From positions 1 through 29,811 of IMG/VR virus record IMGVR_UViG_3300049436_000085: 29,811 nucleotides of DNA; one strand, given 5' to 3'. Each line of letters opens with the position of its first letter. The first letter of the stretch is position 1. Below the pieces are notes generated by a model. It did not search any database. It was not told the DNA's origin and was given only the letters and a program-made list of their open reading frames with translations. Position numbers and translations under genes: made by a program. Positions 8,052 to 17,208 of this stretch are shown here, piece by piece. The DNA comes from a virus (Duplodnaviria > Caudoviricetes).

Positions 8052-8097
8052 GTATGGCTGGTGAGGACTCATTGCGGCGAACGTCGAAAAAGCGCTA

Positions 8098-11000
8098 CTA
8101 TGGTTGTTGCGTGACAAAGGCATCTATGACATTGCGGATGCCGATGACGTTGCGGAAGGGCATCAGGTTGAAGAGCTTTCGGGTTTCGCTCTGGGTGAGC
8201 GGCGTCGGTTCGAGTAGACCCACGGCCTCGCGTGCCTCGCGGCCGACGACCTGGCCTGCTTGAAGAGAACTGGTGATCGTCTGGGCGGATGGGTTGCCGA
8301 ACAGAGTGTTGGCGTCGATGTTGCTGTAGCGGGCGTGGGTGAACACCGGCGAACCGCCTGTGATTTGCTGGGCGAGGTCCACGCCGGCGGGCAGGAGCGC
8401 GGAGAAACCGCCGCGGCTGAACCCGGCGGCGGCGATGCGGTCGTTCGTGAGCATCTTGGCCCGGTAGTCCTTGGCATCGGCGCGGCCGACGGACGTCACG
8501 TACTGCTGGCCGATGTAGGTGAACGCGCCGAGCAGCGATCCGAGCATGGCGCTGTTCCACGCCGCCCAATCCGAAACGGCGAAGCGGTGAAGGAACTGCT
8601 TCTCCCACCCTGCGGCCGCGAAGGTGCGGAACTGGAGCAGGGTCTTGCCCATGTCGGTGGTCATGAACATGGCCATCTGGCCGATGTCGTTCCGCTGGAT
8701 GGCAGAGGAGGCCCATCCGTCGATCGCGTCGACGAGTGCGGCGGCGGCCTGCTGGTCCGTCCACCCGTCGACGTTGAGGCGACGGACGCGACGCCCGAAG
8801 GCTCCCTCGGTGAAGGCGGAATGGGCCTTGGCCTGCTCGCCGATGCGGCGCCACAGGTCCTCGGTCAAACCCAAGGCCTGCATCCGGTCGGGACTGAGGG
8901 CCTTCCCGGCGAGCGCGAGGTCGAGCAGCCGCTGACTGGCCGCGGCCCCGCTCATGAGCTGCAGGGTGCGGTTGATCGGGTTCATGAACGAGACGTCGCC
9001 TGCGAACTTGCCGGCGCGATCGAGTGCCCGGGCCGCCTTCGAACCGCCGAAGCGCGGCACACCCTCGATGTCGTCGAACCGGTCCACGACCTGGTGGATC
9101 ATGCGATCCATGCCAAGGCCGGCGAGGGTTTCCATCTCCTCGAGCAGCTCGTCGGTCATGCGGCCGTCGGCGGCGCGGCGGAAGATCGCTCCGAGCGCGG
9201 GGAGTTGCTTTGCCATGGCCCGAACGCCCACCTGGCCAACAAGATTCGCCAGTTCGGGCACCTGGGCGATGCCGAATGTTCCGGAGGACAGGACGTAGTT
9301 GAAACCCCGGAGCAGGCGAAGGCCTTCGCTCACCTCGACGCCAAGCTCGCCGCCGAGCCGCTGGCCCAGAATGTGACGATGGATCGTCTCCAGCCTCTTC
9401 AGGTCGCGAAGCCCCTTGCCGGTGGCGGGATCGACGCCGGCCTCCTCCATCTGCTTGACGATGTTGCGGCGGAGGTGATCCCACGTCTCGACCACGTCGT
9501 CGGGTGAGAGCTGGGCGGCCTTGTAGACCTGGGCCGCGGCCGAGTGGCCCACCATCTGCCGTGCGTAGACGTGCATGATCGCTTCGGCGTTGGAGTGGAT
9601 GAGATCGTCGATGCCGACGCTCATCTGGGTGCCGTCCTGAGCCGTCAGGACGTCGCGGAACGATTCGTCCAGATCAAGGCGGCGGCGAGCCCTGCCGGGC
9701 GTGCCCGTCTCCTTCTTGCGGGGCTGGACGGTGTACAGGATGTCCTCGACCTGTGCGTCGGTGATGTCGGGCACGGCGTCGCGGAGCGACTCGGCGAGGA
9801 TCTCGGAGCGTTCCGGATTGAACACCAGCCCGCGGTGGAGATCGGTCTTGTCGTCGAGCCGGCGGATGACGCGGAGCGTGGCCCGCCCGATCTTGGCCGC
9901 CTTGTCAGGGTCCAGTTCGTCGCTGAAGGGGATGAGAGCGCGGCCGATGAAATCGCCGACCGTCTCCTCGCCGAACTTCGCGACCAGCGCGTTCACGGTG
10001 GACTGGTTCCACACACGCATGAGGTACTGATCGCTGGCGGTGATCTTGTCGAAGCCCTTGACGCCGTGCCGCTTGGCCAACTCGAGCAACTCCCGGTTTT
10101 GGCGGCGAACCAGCTCCGCGGCCTTGCGGACTTGGGGATCGAGGATGATCGCGTCGAAGTGCTGTTTTGAAAGCCGAACGGCCTTGCCGACCTCTGTCGC
10201 GAACTTGGCCCGCGCGGTGTGCCGCTCCGCCATCGGAACGCGCTTCTCGCGGAGGAAGTCCTTCACCAAGGGCTCGTATTCCCGGTAGAAACGACCCATG
10301 AAGCTGCGGTAGGACCGCACGGTCCACGCGCTGGCCGCGGTCTGCGATGCGGCGCCGTCGGCGGTGGGGAGGGCGTCCTCAGCCATCAGCCGGGCGATCC
10401 TGCGCACGAAGGGCACATTGCTCGCGCCGAGCCGGCCGGCCATGCTGAATCGAACCGGGGTGAAGCGGCCGGGCGCGTCGCTCGCCTGACCGGGTCGAAA
10501 ATCGCCGGCCTTGGGTGGTGGCGGTGGAGGAGGTGGAGACGGGGGCGATGTGGTGGACTCGCCCCCGTCGCCGCTTGATGGACTCCCGGCATCGAGATCA
10601 TCCGGCGTCTCGGGCGGTGACTCGAACAAACCGGGTTCCGGGGAAGTGTCGTCGGGGAGTTTGAGGCGTCCGAGCTCCTCGTCCGGATCGGCGTCGCGGA
10701 GCGCGGCGATCTCGTCGGCGTCTGCATTCTCATCGAGGCCGATCTGATCGATCAGGTCGTCGGCGAAGGGATTGCCGTCGTCGGCGAAGTAGCGCTCACC
10801 CTTGGGCGTCAGCTCTCCGCCGCCCACCCGTTTCGCCGCCTTGATGGAGCCTTTGTCGATCGGGATCTCGCGGAGCGCCTCGACGGGGAGCGTCGGGTAC
10901 AGGTCACCGTCCCGCTGGCGAAGGACGCGCTGACCGTTCTCGTCAAGCTCGATGATGAACCGTCGGCCGCGGATCTTGAGCCGCGTTCCGTCCTGGAGCC

Positions 11001-12180
11001 GCGACGGGTCGATCACCTCGGCGTTTTTCAGCCCGCCCCTGGGGAGATCGTCGTGCAGCGCGGCGAGGAAGCGGATTTGTGGGTCCGTATTCTCGCTCTG
11101 GAAGAACGCTTTGGCCGCGGCCACACGCTGATTGCGGTTGTTGGCGGCCTGCTTCGCGGCCTGGATGAGCCGGTCGTATCCGATTTCGGCCGCGGCATCC
11201 TCGCCGCCGGCTTTGACGCCGGGCATCTCCTTGGCGAGCTGGAAGACGTCCTTCAGCCGCGGATCGTCCTCGATCGCGAGCCGGATCTCGCCTGGGAGCT
11301 TGTCGCCTCCAAAGGTGAAGTTGCCGGCTCCCTCCGCGGAGTCGAACACATCGTCGACCGTGACGCCGGGGTCGATGTCGCGGTGTGCTTCGACGAGCTT
11401 GCGCTCGATCGCCCGTGGCCTGAACTGGTCGGGCCGGCTGCGGGGCAGATCGGCCACCGTCTCAAACTCGCCGCGGGCGGCCGCGCCCATCGCGGCGGAC
11501 AGCTCGGTCCTCTCGATGCGCCGCATGAGGCGACGAGCCGCCAAGGCCTCGGCCGCGCCGCCGATGAGCCCGCCCAGTGCAAACGAGCCCAGAGCCCCGT
11601 AGATCACATCTTCGGGGCCGCGGGTGGGATCCTGGGTGGCGAGGTAAGTGTCCAGTGCAACGCTCGCTGAGGCGTTCGTGACGCCGGCGCGAACGATCCG
11701 CTGGATGCGGGCAGCCTTGGTCGCACCGGCGACCGGTCCGAGCACGCCCTCGCTGGCGACGGTCGCCGCGATGGCTCCGGGGTCGAAGATCGACGCGCCA
11801 ACCGCCAGCGCGGCACCTTTCCAGCCGAGTCGGCCCAGCCGTTGGCGGCGCTGCAGAACGCCGAGCTGCTGATCCCGGATGAGCGTGGCCTGATCGAAGC
11901 TGATCGCGTTGTCGAACGCGGCATATTGGTCGGGGTCGAGCCCTTCGAGCAGGGCCCGACGCCGGTCGTCGGCGAGGTTGTCGAAGCTGAAGGTGGGGTC
12001 GTAGGTGTACGACTGTCGCTGGAGTTGGCGGAACAGCCAGGACGTCGACCATTCGCTCCCCGCGGCGTCCACCACGCCCTGGAACAGGCTTGGGGTTTCA
12101 AGCCGTGCCCGCCGCTCGGCGAGCGCTTCAGTCGGCGCCTGCTGCGCAAACTCGGAAAGGCGGGTGTCGAGGGTGCTCAT
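8098..12180 (-). CDS. Large internal virion/ejection protein (T7 gp16-like)
   Basis: 1360 aa, last of three coupled genes after tail tube B; C-terminal GKTLLQFRTF motif; YLMRVWN. Confidence 0.75.
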   Translation of the reverse strand: MSTLDTRLSEFAQQAPTEALAERRARLETPSLFQGVVDAAGSEWSTSWLFRQLQRQSYTYDPTFSFDNLADDRRRALLEGLDPDQYAAFDNAISFDQATLIRDQQLGVLQRRQRLGRLGWKGAALAVGASIFDPGAIAATVASEGVLGPVAGATKAARIQRIVRAGVTNASASVALDTYLATQDPTRGPEDVIYGALGSFALGGLIGGAAEALAARRLMRRIERTELSAAMGAAARGEFETVADLPRSRPDQFRPRAIERKLVEAHRDIDPGVTVDDVFDSAEGAGNFTFGGDKLPGEIRLAIEDDPRLKDVFQLAKEMPGVKAGGEDAAAEIGYDRLIQAAKQAANNRNQRVAAAKAFFQSENTDPQIRFLAALHDDLPRGGLKNAEVIDPSRLQDGTRLKIRGRRFIIELDENGQRVLRQRDGDLYPTLPVEALREIPIDKGSIKAAKRVGGGELTPKGERYFADDGNPFADDLIDQIGLDENADADEIAALRDADPDEELGRLKLPDDTSPEPGLFESPPETPDDLDAGSPSSGDGGESTTSPPSPPPPPPPPKAGDFRPGQASDAPGRFTPVRFSMAGRLGASNVPFVRRIARLMAEDALPTADGAASQTAASAWTVRSYRSFMGRFYREYEPLVKDFLREKRVPMAERHTARAKFATEVGKAVRLSKQHFDAIILDPQVRKAAELVRRQNRELLELAKRHGVKGFDKITASDQYLMRVWNQSTVNALVAKFGEETVGDFIGRALIPFSDELDPDKAAKIGRATLRVIRRLDDKTDLHRGLVFNPERSEILAESLRDAVPDITDAQVEDILYTVQPRKKETGTPGRARRRLDLDESFRDVLTAQDGTQMSVGIDDLIHSNAEAIMHVYARQMVGHSAAAQVYKAAQLSPDDVVETWDHLRRNIVKQMEEAGVDPATGKGLRDLKRLETIHRHILGQRLGGELGVEVSEGLRLLRGFNYVLSSGTFGIAQVPELANLVGQVGVRAMAKQLPALGAIFRRAADGRMTDELLEEMETLAGLGMDRMIHQVVDRFDDIEGVPRFGGSKAARALDRAGKFAGDVSFMNPINRTLQLMSGAAASQRLLDLALAGKALSPDRMQALGLTEDLWRRIGEQAKAHSAFTEGAFGRRVRRLNVDGWTDQQAAAALVDAIDGWASSAIQRNDIGQMAMFMTTDMGKTLLQFRTFAAAGWEKQFLHRFAVSDWAAWNSAMLGSLLGAFTYIGQQYVTSVGRADAKDYRAKMLTNDRIAAAGFSRGGFSALLPAGVDLAQQITGGSPVFTHARYSNIDANTLFGNPSAQTITSSLQAGQVVGREAREAVGLLEPTPLTQSETRKLFNLMPFRNVIGIRNVIDAFVTQQP

Positions 12181-14447
12181 TCGCGAATCTCTCGGCTCGT
12201 CCGCGGGATGGTGATGGGGGGCTTGGGTAGCCGCGGATTGCGGATGAGCCGCTTGTTCAGGAGGTACGTCAGAGCCTCGCGCGTGCTCGCGGCCATCGGT
12301 GGTTCGGGCGTGCGGGCGGTGGGCGGAGCGGGATCCGGTTGGCTCGGACCCTGAACGTCGCGATTCCAGTACGCTTGGAGGTTCTCCAGATCACGACGGA
12401 AGATGGCTTGGCCGCCGCTGCCGACGCCCACGAAGTCGGTTTCCCTTTCGGGCTTGCGGGCGGCGATGAGGAGCCGATCCTCGGCATCCGTGGCATCCAT
12501 CGCGTTCCACCACTGGTTGAGGGCCATGATCTCGGCATCCGAGATCCGCGGCGTGCCGGGCGCAGGCACCGCAAGCCCCGCCTGGGCGATGTACCACGAC
12601 GTCGAATCGCGGTCGGGGATGAGCGTGTAGTTCGCGGGATCCTCGCCGGTTTTCTTCGCCCACGAGTTCACCACCGCCTCTCCCATGAGGTTGAGGTTGA
12701 CGGACTTCGCCACGGGCCGCTGAACCGTGTTGACGTAGTGACCATTCGCGAGGCTGTAATCTTCTTTGAACCGCTTGACGGATTCTTCGATCGCGGCCTG
12801 TTCGCTCGCGCCGTAGGCCAACACATACGCGCGTGCACGGCGTTCGATGATGCGGGAGGCGTCCGAGAGGTTCGACGCATCGCCATCAAGCTCGCTCGTC
12901 AGGGCCTTCTGCAGCCGATTGCCTGAAAGCTCGCGACTGATCGCATCCGAGAGCACCACGCCCTTGTTGGACGCCCGGACCGCCGAGATCAACGCCGACG
13001 CCGACGTGATGCCTGGGATGTTGTCCTGAATGAACGACGCGGCCCGGAGGACTTCGCGGTCTTCGTCCTTGATGTGGGCCGCCACCACGCCGGGGGCCTG
13101 CGGCTCGGCCTCGCGGAAGGTCTGGTAGGCCGCCACCATCGCCGGCGGCATAAGGGCATCGGTGGTGTCGGGCGTGATTCGCGAAGCGATGCCGGACCAC
13201 AGGTGCTCGAGGTTCGGATCCCGGGCGTCGGGAACGCGGCTGAGCCACCGGAGCTTGGCGCTGAGGTTCTGTTTTGCGGATGCGGGCTGATCGAGCGGGA
13301 ACTTCTGGTCGATCGCGGAGAAATCAGCCTCGCGGGCGGCGTCGATGATCTCGGCACGCTTGAAGGTGTGTTCCTTCCCGTCCGCCGTCGTGATCGTTTG
13401 GTCGTCGATGAGCTGGTTGCCGGCCGCAAGCACGGGGCGAGCGCGGGCGACGATCTCCCCCTTCTTGGCCTTCAACTCCTGGTCGAGCCCGAGTTTGAGC
13501 GCGTCGCGAAGTGATTCGGCTTGGCGGGATTCCAGACCCCGAATCTCCTGATCAAGCACGTCGTCAGGCACCTTCCCGCGGTACTTCATGATGCGGGAGC
13601 GGATCGACTCGAAGGGAACTCCGTCGATGTACCCGGCCGCGATGTTGTTGTGGAAGTCGCGAACCTGGTCGGCCCGCTGACCGTCGCGGGTGGAGTTGAA
13701 CGCGTTGATGGCCTGCTGACGCTCCACGTCGAATCCGGTTCCCAGGGCTGAAAGAGCAGCGCCGAAGCGGACGGAATCGCCGGAGTAGGCCGCCGATCGG
13801 AGGGCCGGAAGGACGATGGCGCCGCGGAGGTCGTTGTCCGAGAGATCCGCGAACTTGCCGCGGGCCTCGTCCAGCACGCTCCCGATCTCCTCGGGGGTCG
13901 TCGCCTCCGTCGCCGCGGAGCCATAGGCCTTCAGGGTGTCGGCGTCCGCAGCCGCTTGGAGAGCCTCCCGACGCTTCACAAACGACGCGACGATCGCTGG
14001 CTTGATCTGGGCGAACGCGGTGCGGTAGGCCTCGGACTGACCCTCTGTTCGCTGGGCGACGAACCGATCCGCGAAGGCCTCAAGATCGCCCGGATCGGTG
14101 ATCTTCCCTCGCTCGATGTCGGACTGGATCTGGGGGAGCAGCGTGCGGTAGTCGAGCGAGGCCGCCCCCGCCATGAGCCGGTCGGCTTCGTTGGCCTGCA
14201 CCTCGGCATCGCGGCGAGCGGACTCGATTTGAGCCTGCTCCTGGCGGGCCTGGTGGCCCAGAATGCCGAACGTGTTGCCGATGGCGTCGATCGCCGCAAA
14301 GAACTGCTGGGCCTCGCTGCTGATCACTGGAGGCGTGACCGCCAGCCCAGGGACTGCCAGACTCTCGGTGATACCGGTCCGCGGCGCGGCGGGAACCCCG
14401 CGGCGAGGGTAGCGGTCGGGGTAAAAGCCCTGCTCGATCTGACTCAT
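12177..14447 (-). CDS. Internal virion protein (T7 gp15 position)
   Basis: 756 aa, Ala-rich and helical, ATGA-coupled; assigned by synteny only. Confidence 0.65.
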   Translation of the reverse strand: MSQIEQGFYPDRYPRRGVPAAPRTGITESLAVPGLAVTPPVISSEAQQFFAAIDAIGNTFGILGHQARQEQAQIESARRDAEVQANEADRLMAGAASLDYRTLLPQIQSDIERGKITDPGDLEAFADRFVAQRTEGQSEAYRTAFAQIKPAIVASFVKRREALQAAADADTLKAYGSAATEATTPEEIGSVLDEARGKFADLSDNDLRGAIVLPALRSAAYSGDSVRFGAALSALGTGFDVERQQAINAFNSTRDGQRADQVRDFHNNIAAGYIDGVPFESIRSRIMKYRGKVPDDVLDQEIRGLESRQAESLRDALKLGLDQELKAKKGEIVARARPVLAAGNQLIDDQTITTADGKEHTFKRAEIIDAAREADFSAIDQKFPLDQPASAKQNLSAKLRWLSRVPDARDPNLEHLWSGIASRITPDTTDALMPPAMVAAYQTFREAEPQAPGVVAAHIKDEDREVLRAASFIQDNIPGITSASALISAVRASNKGVVLSDAISRELSGNRLQKALTSELDGDASNLSDASRIIERRARAYVLAYGASEQAAIEESVKRFKEDYSLANGHYVNTVQRPVAKSVNLNLMGEAVVNSWAKKTGEDPANYTLIPDRDSTSWYIAQAGLAVPAPGTPRISDAEIMALNQWWNAMDATDAEDRLLIAARKPERETDFVGVGSGGQAIFRRDLENLQAYWNRDVQGPSQPDPAPPTARTPEPPMAASTREALTYLLNKRLIRNPRLPKPPITIPRTSREIRE

Positions 14448-14989
14448 ATGGGTGGAATGCTCGTGATGTACGCGAGAGCGGTGTCCTCTTGGACCTTCCT
14501 TGCGGCATTGGCGGCATCGATGGCGCCGAGGTCCCCTTGGATTTGGAGTCCGGTGCCGGCGCCTTGGAGCACGCCCTGAACAACGGCCAGGGGGACATTG
14601 GTCTTCTGACTGAGGATGCGGGTTGCGTTCGCGACGTATTGGCTTGCGAGGAACTTCTGCTGGTTGACCCGGTTCGTTTCGTTGATGTTCTGATTGATGG
14701 CCGCGTCGATGGCCGCGCCAGTTTCCAGTGCCGCAAAGGAACCGCCGGCCGCTCCGCTATCCGCTTCCCGCACCCGGAGTCTGCCAAGTACCTGATCGTG
14801 CGTGCGAGAGAGTTTCGTCGCCTCCAGGGCCGCGGCGGAGTTGGTCTGTTCCTTTTCGGCGGTGTATGCGCGGCCGAGCGAGGAGTACGAGCTCTTCACG
14901 GCCCGGTTCTGCTGGAGGGCTCCGGCCGCGGAAAGGGCACCGCCGACGACTCCTCCACCGATCGGCAGGGCATCTGCTGTGTCACCCAT
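14444..14989 (-). CDS. Internal virion protein (T7 gp14 position)
   Basis: 181 aa, Gly/Ala-rich hydrophobic N-terminus, G.L.V..ADSG..G.S pattern; TGATG coupling at 14989. Confidence 0.7.
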   Translation of the reverse strand: MGDTADALPIGGGVVGGALSAAGALQQNRAVKSSYSSLGRAYTAEKEQTNSAAALEATKLSRTHDQVLGRLRVREADSGAAGGSFAALETGAAIDAAINQNINETNRVNQQKFLASQYVANATRILSQKTNVPLAVVQGVLQGAGTGLQIQGDLGAIDAANAARKVQEDTALAYITSIPPI

Positions 14990-15945
14990 CAGCGGGGAAC
15001 CTCTCCAATGTCGCATGTGCGTTGAATGCCCGTCACCACCAAAGGTGTGGGAGCCGTGGACTCGATTCGAACGGTGATGTTCTCGACGTCGCCGCACGGC
15101 CAAGCCTGGAAGGTGCCGGGCGTGGCTTTGAAGTCGCCGTCCGGCCGGAAGGGCTGGGCGGTCGTCGCTCGCGGCGGAGCGTCGAATGCGATCTCAAAGT
15201 CGCCCGACGGTCCATGCGCCACCGCGATCTTCCGCATGAGAAGCGATCGCCGGAGGTCGGCGTTGCCTTGGCTGTCTCGGGCGTAGGGTCGGGTCAGGGT
15301 GACCTTTGCCGGGACGCGACGCCCGATGTACGCGCGGCCCGCGGCGTAGTTGCCGGCGATGTAGACGCTCGTTCCCGAGACGTTCGTCGCGTTGAACCAC
15401 TGGCCGGCGGCAAACCCAAACTCGGAACCGAGCACCACGGTGTTGATGCTGCTGTCGACCATGCCGGTCGGGAGCGTCCACGTCGTCTTGGTGCCGTCGT
15501 AAACGCCCGTGAGGTAGTTCTCGCGATCGAGGTGGAGTGGGTAGGGCATCCCTGTCTCAGGGATGCGGTCGCCGATGGGAATGCTCTCCATCGCGTAGTT
15601 GTTCGAGCCGCGCTCGACCAGCATCCAGAGGTTGTCGCCGATGATGGCGATGTCGACGATGCGGTAGTTCGTCTCAAACGTCCACTTCGACCAGGCCGAT
15701 TGCTGGCGGCTGGCACCGACGAAGAAGCTCCGATAGACGAAGATCGTGTTGGTCGATCGCTCCAGCACAAACACCCGCTGGGTGGGCGCGTGCACAAGCA
15801 CCGTTTGAACGAGCGCCGGGATGTACTCCTGCAGCTCAGCCTTCTTCGTAGAGACCGTGGCGGCGATCTCGTTCTCAAACCGCTCGACTAGGTCGTTGGC
15901 GGCGTCGATGCTCACGGTGGTCTTGCCGTCATTGGCTTTGACCAT
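14989..15945 (-). pseudogene. N-truncated tail tubular protein B (T7 gp12-like) with a foreign N-terminus
   Basis: QEYIP...IFVYRSFFVGASRQQSAWSKWTF...HLDR matches the gp12 C-terminal part; only ~318 codons versus roughly 800 aa for the family. Confidence 0.8.
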
Positions 15946-15988
15946 CGGCGCAGGCACGGCGATAGGCGGGTCCGCGAATGAGCTGCAG

Positions 15989-16366
15989 TCAGGGCTTGTC
16001 CTTGGGCTCCTTCGGGAGTTTCTTGCGGAGCTCGGCGAGCTTCTTCTCGTAGATCTCGATCTGATCGCCGAGTGGAAGCGACTCTTCGACCTTCTGGGCC
16101 GGCGTCTTGGGCTTGGGAGCCTTCTTGGCGATCTCCGCGGCCTTGTCGCGAGCCTCCTCCGGGGTCGATGCGGTGGCCTTGGCGTACAACTCGCCCGTGG
16201 CTTCGTCGAACACCTCACAGGTCACGCTGGAGGGCTTCACAGGGACGAACTCACCGTCTTGCTTCTCGAGGGTGGGGCCGTGGGAGACGTACCGCCACTT
16301 GGCGCCGAGCTTGAGAAGGGTCTGAACCGCCGGGGGCACCGGCGGTTTGTTGGGATTGTTGCTCAT
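15989..16366 (-). CDS. Hypothetical late protein (125 aa)
   Basis: ATGA-coupled to the scaffold gene; Lys/Glu-rich; family unknown. Confidence 0.75.
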   Translation of the reverse strand: MSNNPNKPPVPPAVQTLLKLGAKWRYVSHGPTLEKQDGEFVPVKPSSVTCEVFDEATGELYAKATASTPEEARDKAAEIAKKAPKPKTPAQKVEESLPLGDQIEIYEKKLAELRKKLPKEPKDKP

Positions 16367-17196
16367 GATGACGCGTTCTTACTCCATGCAGCGATGGACT
16401 GGGGCGACGTTGCCGCGATGCGGGCGCGGGCATTCACATCGCCCGTTTGCATCGCCTGGAGCAGTTGCGAGTATTCCTCGGCAGAGCGTGCGCCCATGCC
16501 AGCTACCGGGAGTGACGTTCCGCCGATCAAGGGTTTGGCCTTGCCGGCGCCGACCTTTGCTGAGTGTTCGGCGGCGATAAGGCGGACCATGTCGGGGTAG
16601 AACGACGGGTCGGCCTTTACCATCTTGTTGAACCGGGCGAGTCGCCCGGGGTCGATGTTCTCAGCCGCCCACTGCCGAAGTGTGGTGAGTTGCGTCTCGC
16701 CCCCGACCAACTGAGTCGCTTCGGCGACGAAGCCTGCGACCTGCTGATCGCGGAGCGCCGCCTTGGCGTGGAGGCCTTCGGCGATGAAGTCGATGTCGGT
16801 GTTGCTCAGGCCCGGCCTTGCCTTGCGAATAGCGGCATACTGCTCGGGCGCGAGTTTGCCGGATTCGGCCCACACCGTTTCGAGATCATCCAGCTTCAGG
16901 CCAGCTCGTTCGATGAGCGTCGGGATGTCTGCTGAGTCGTCGATCGTGGGCGGCGCGATCGTCAGGTCGTTCTTGGGTTGCGGCCTGGTGGAGTGAAACT
17001 GCCTTTGAAGCTCGGTGTAGCCGCGCTCAAGCTCCTCGGCGGTCTTGAACTTGCCGGCGAAGAGCTTGGGCTCGCCGTCCGGCGGCGCTCCAGCCGCGGG
17101 CCCTGCTGGAGCGATCGGCGGGTTCGCCGGCTGCGTGGGCGCGGTGGAAGTGGGCGGAGCCGACTGGGGTGTGATCTGGGTCTGAATCTGGGACAT
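16363..17196 (-). CDS. Capsid scaffolding protein (T7 gp9-like)
   Basis: LFAGKFKTAEELERGYTELQ and VGGE....L.QWA.EN motifs; follows the portal; GAGAGG RBS. Confidence 0.85.
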   Translation of the reverse strand: MSQIQTQITPQSAPPTSTAPTQPANPPIAPAGPAAGAPPDGEPKLFAGKFKTAEELERGYTELQRQFHSTRPQPKNDLTIAPPTIDDSADIPTLIERAGLKLDDLETVWAESGKLAPEQYAAIRKARPGLSNTDIDFIAEGLHAKAALRDQQVAGFVAEATQLVGGETQLTTLRQWAAENIDPGRLARFNKMVKADPSFYPDMVRLIAAEHSAKVGAGKAKPLIGGTSLPVAGMGARSAEEYSQLLQAMQTGDVNARARIAATSPQSIAAWSKNASS

Positions 17197-17208
17197 GAAT
17201 CCTCTCTA

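Noticed and set aside
15840-15945. N-terminus of the major capsid protein
   Set aside because: DLVERFENEI is only vaguely MCP-like and there is no RBS; cannot be supported.
15829-15988. 10-bp inverted repeat CTGCAGCTCA/TGAGCTGCAG flanking the foreign N-terminus of the tail-tube ORF
   Set aside because: Short, contains a self-palindromic hexamer in GC-rich DNA, and no invertase is present; may be chance, although it coincides with the junction.
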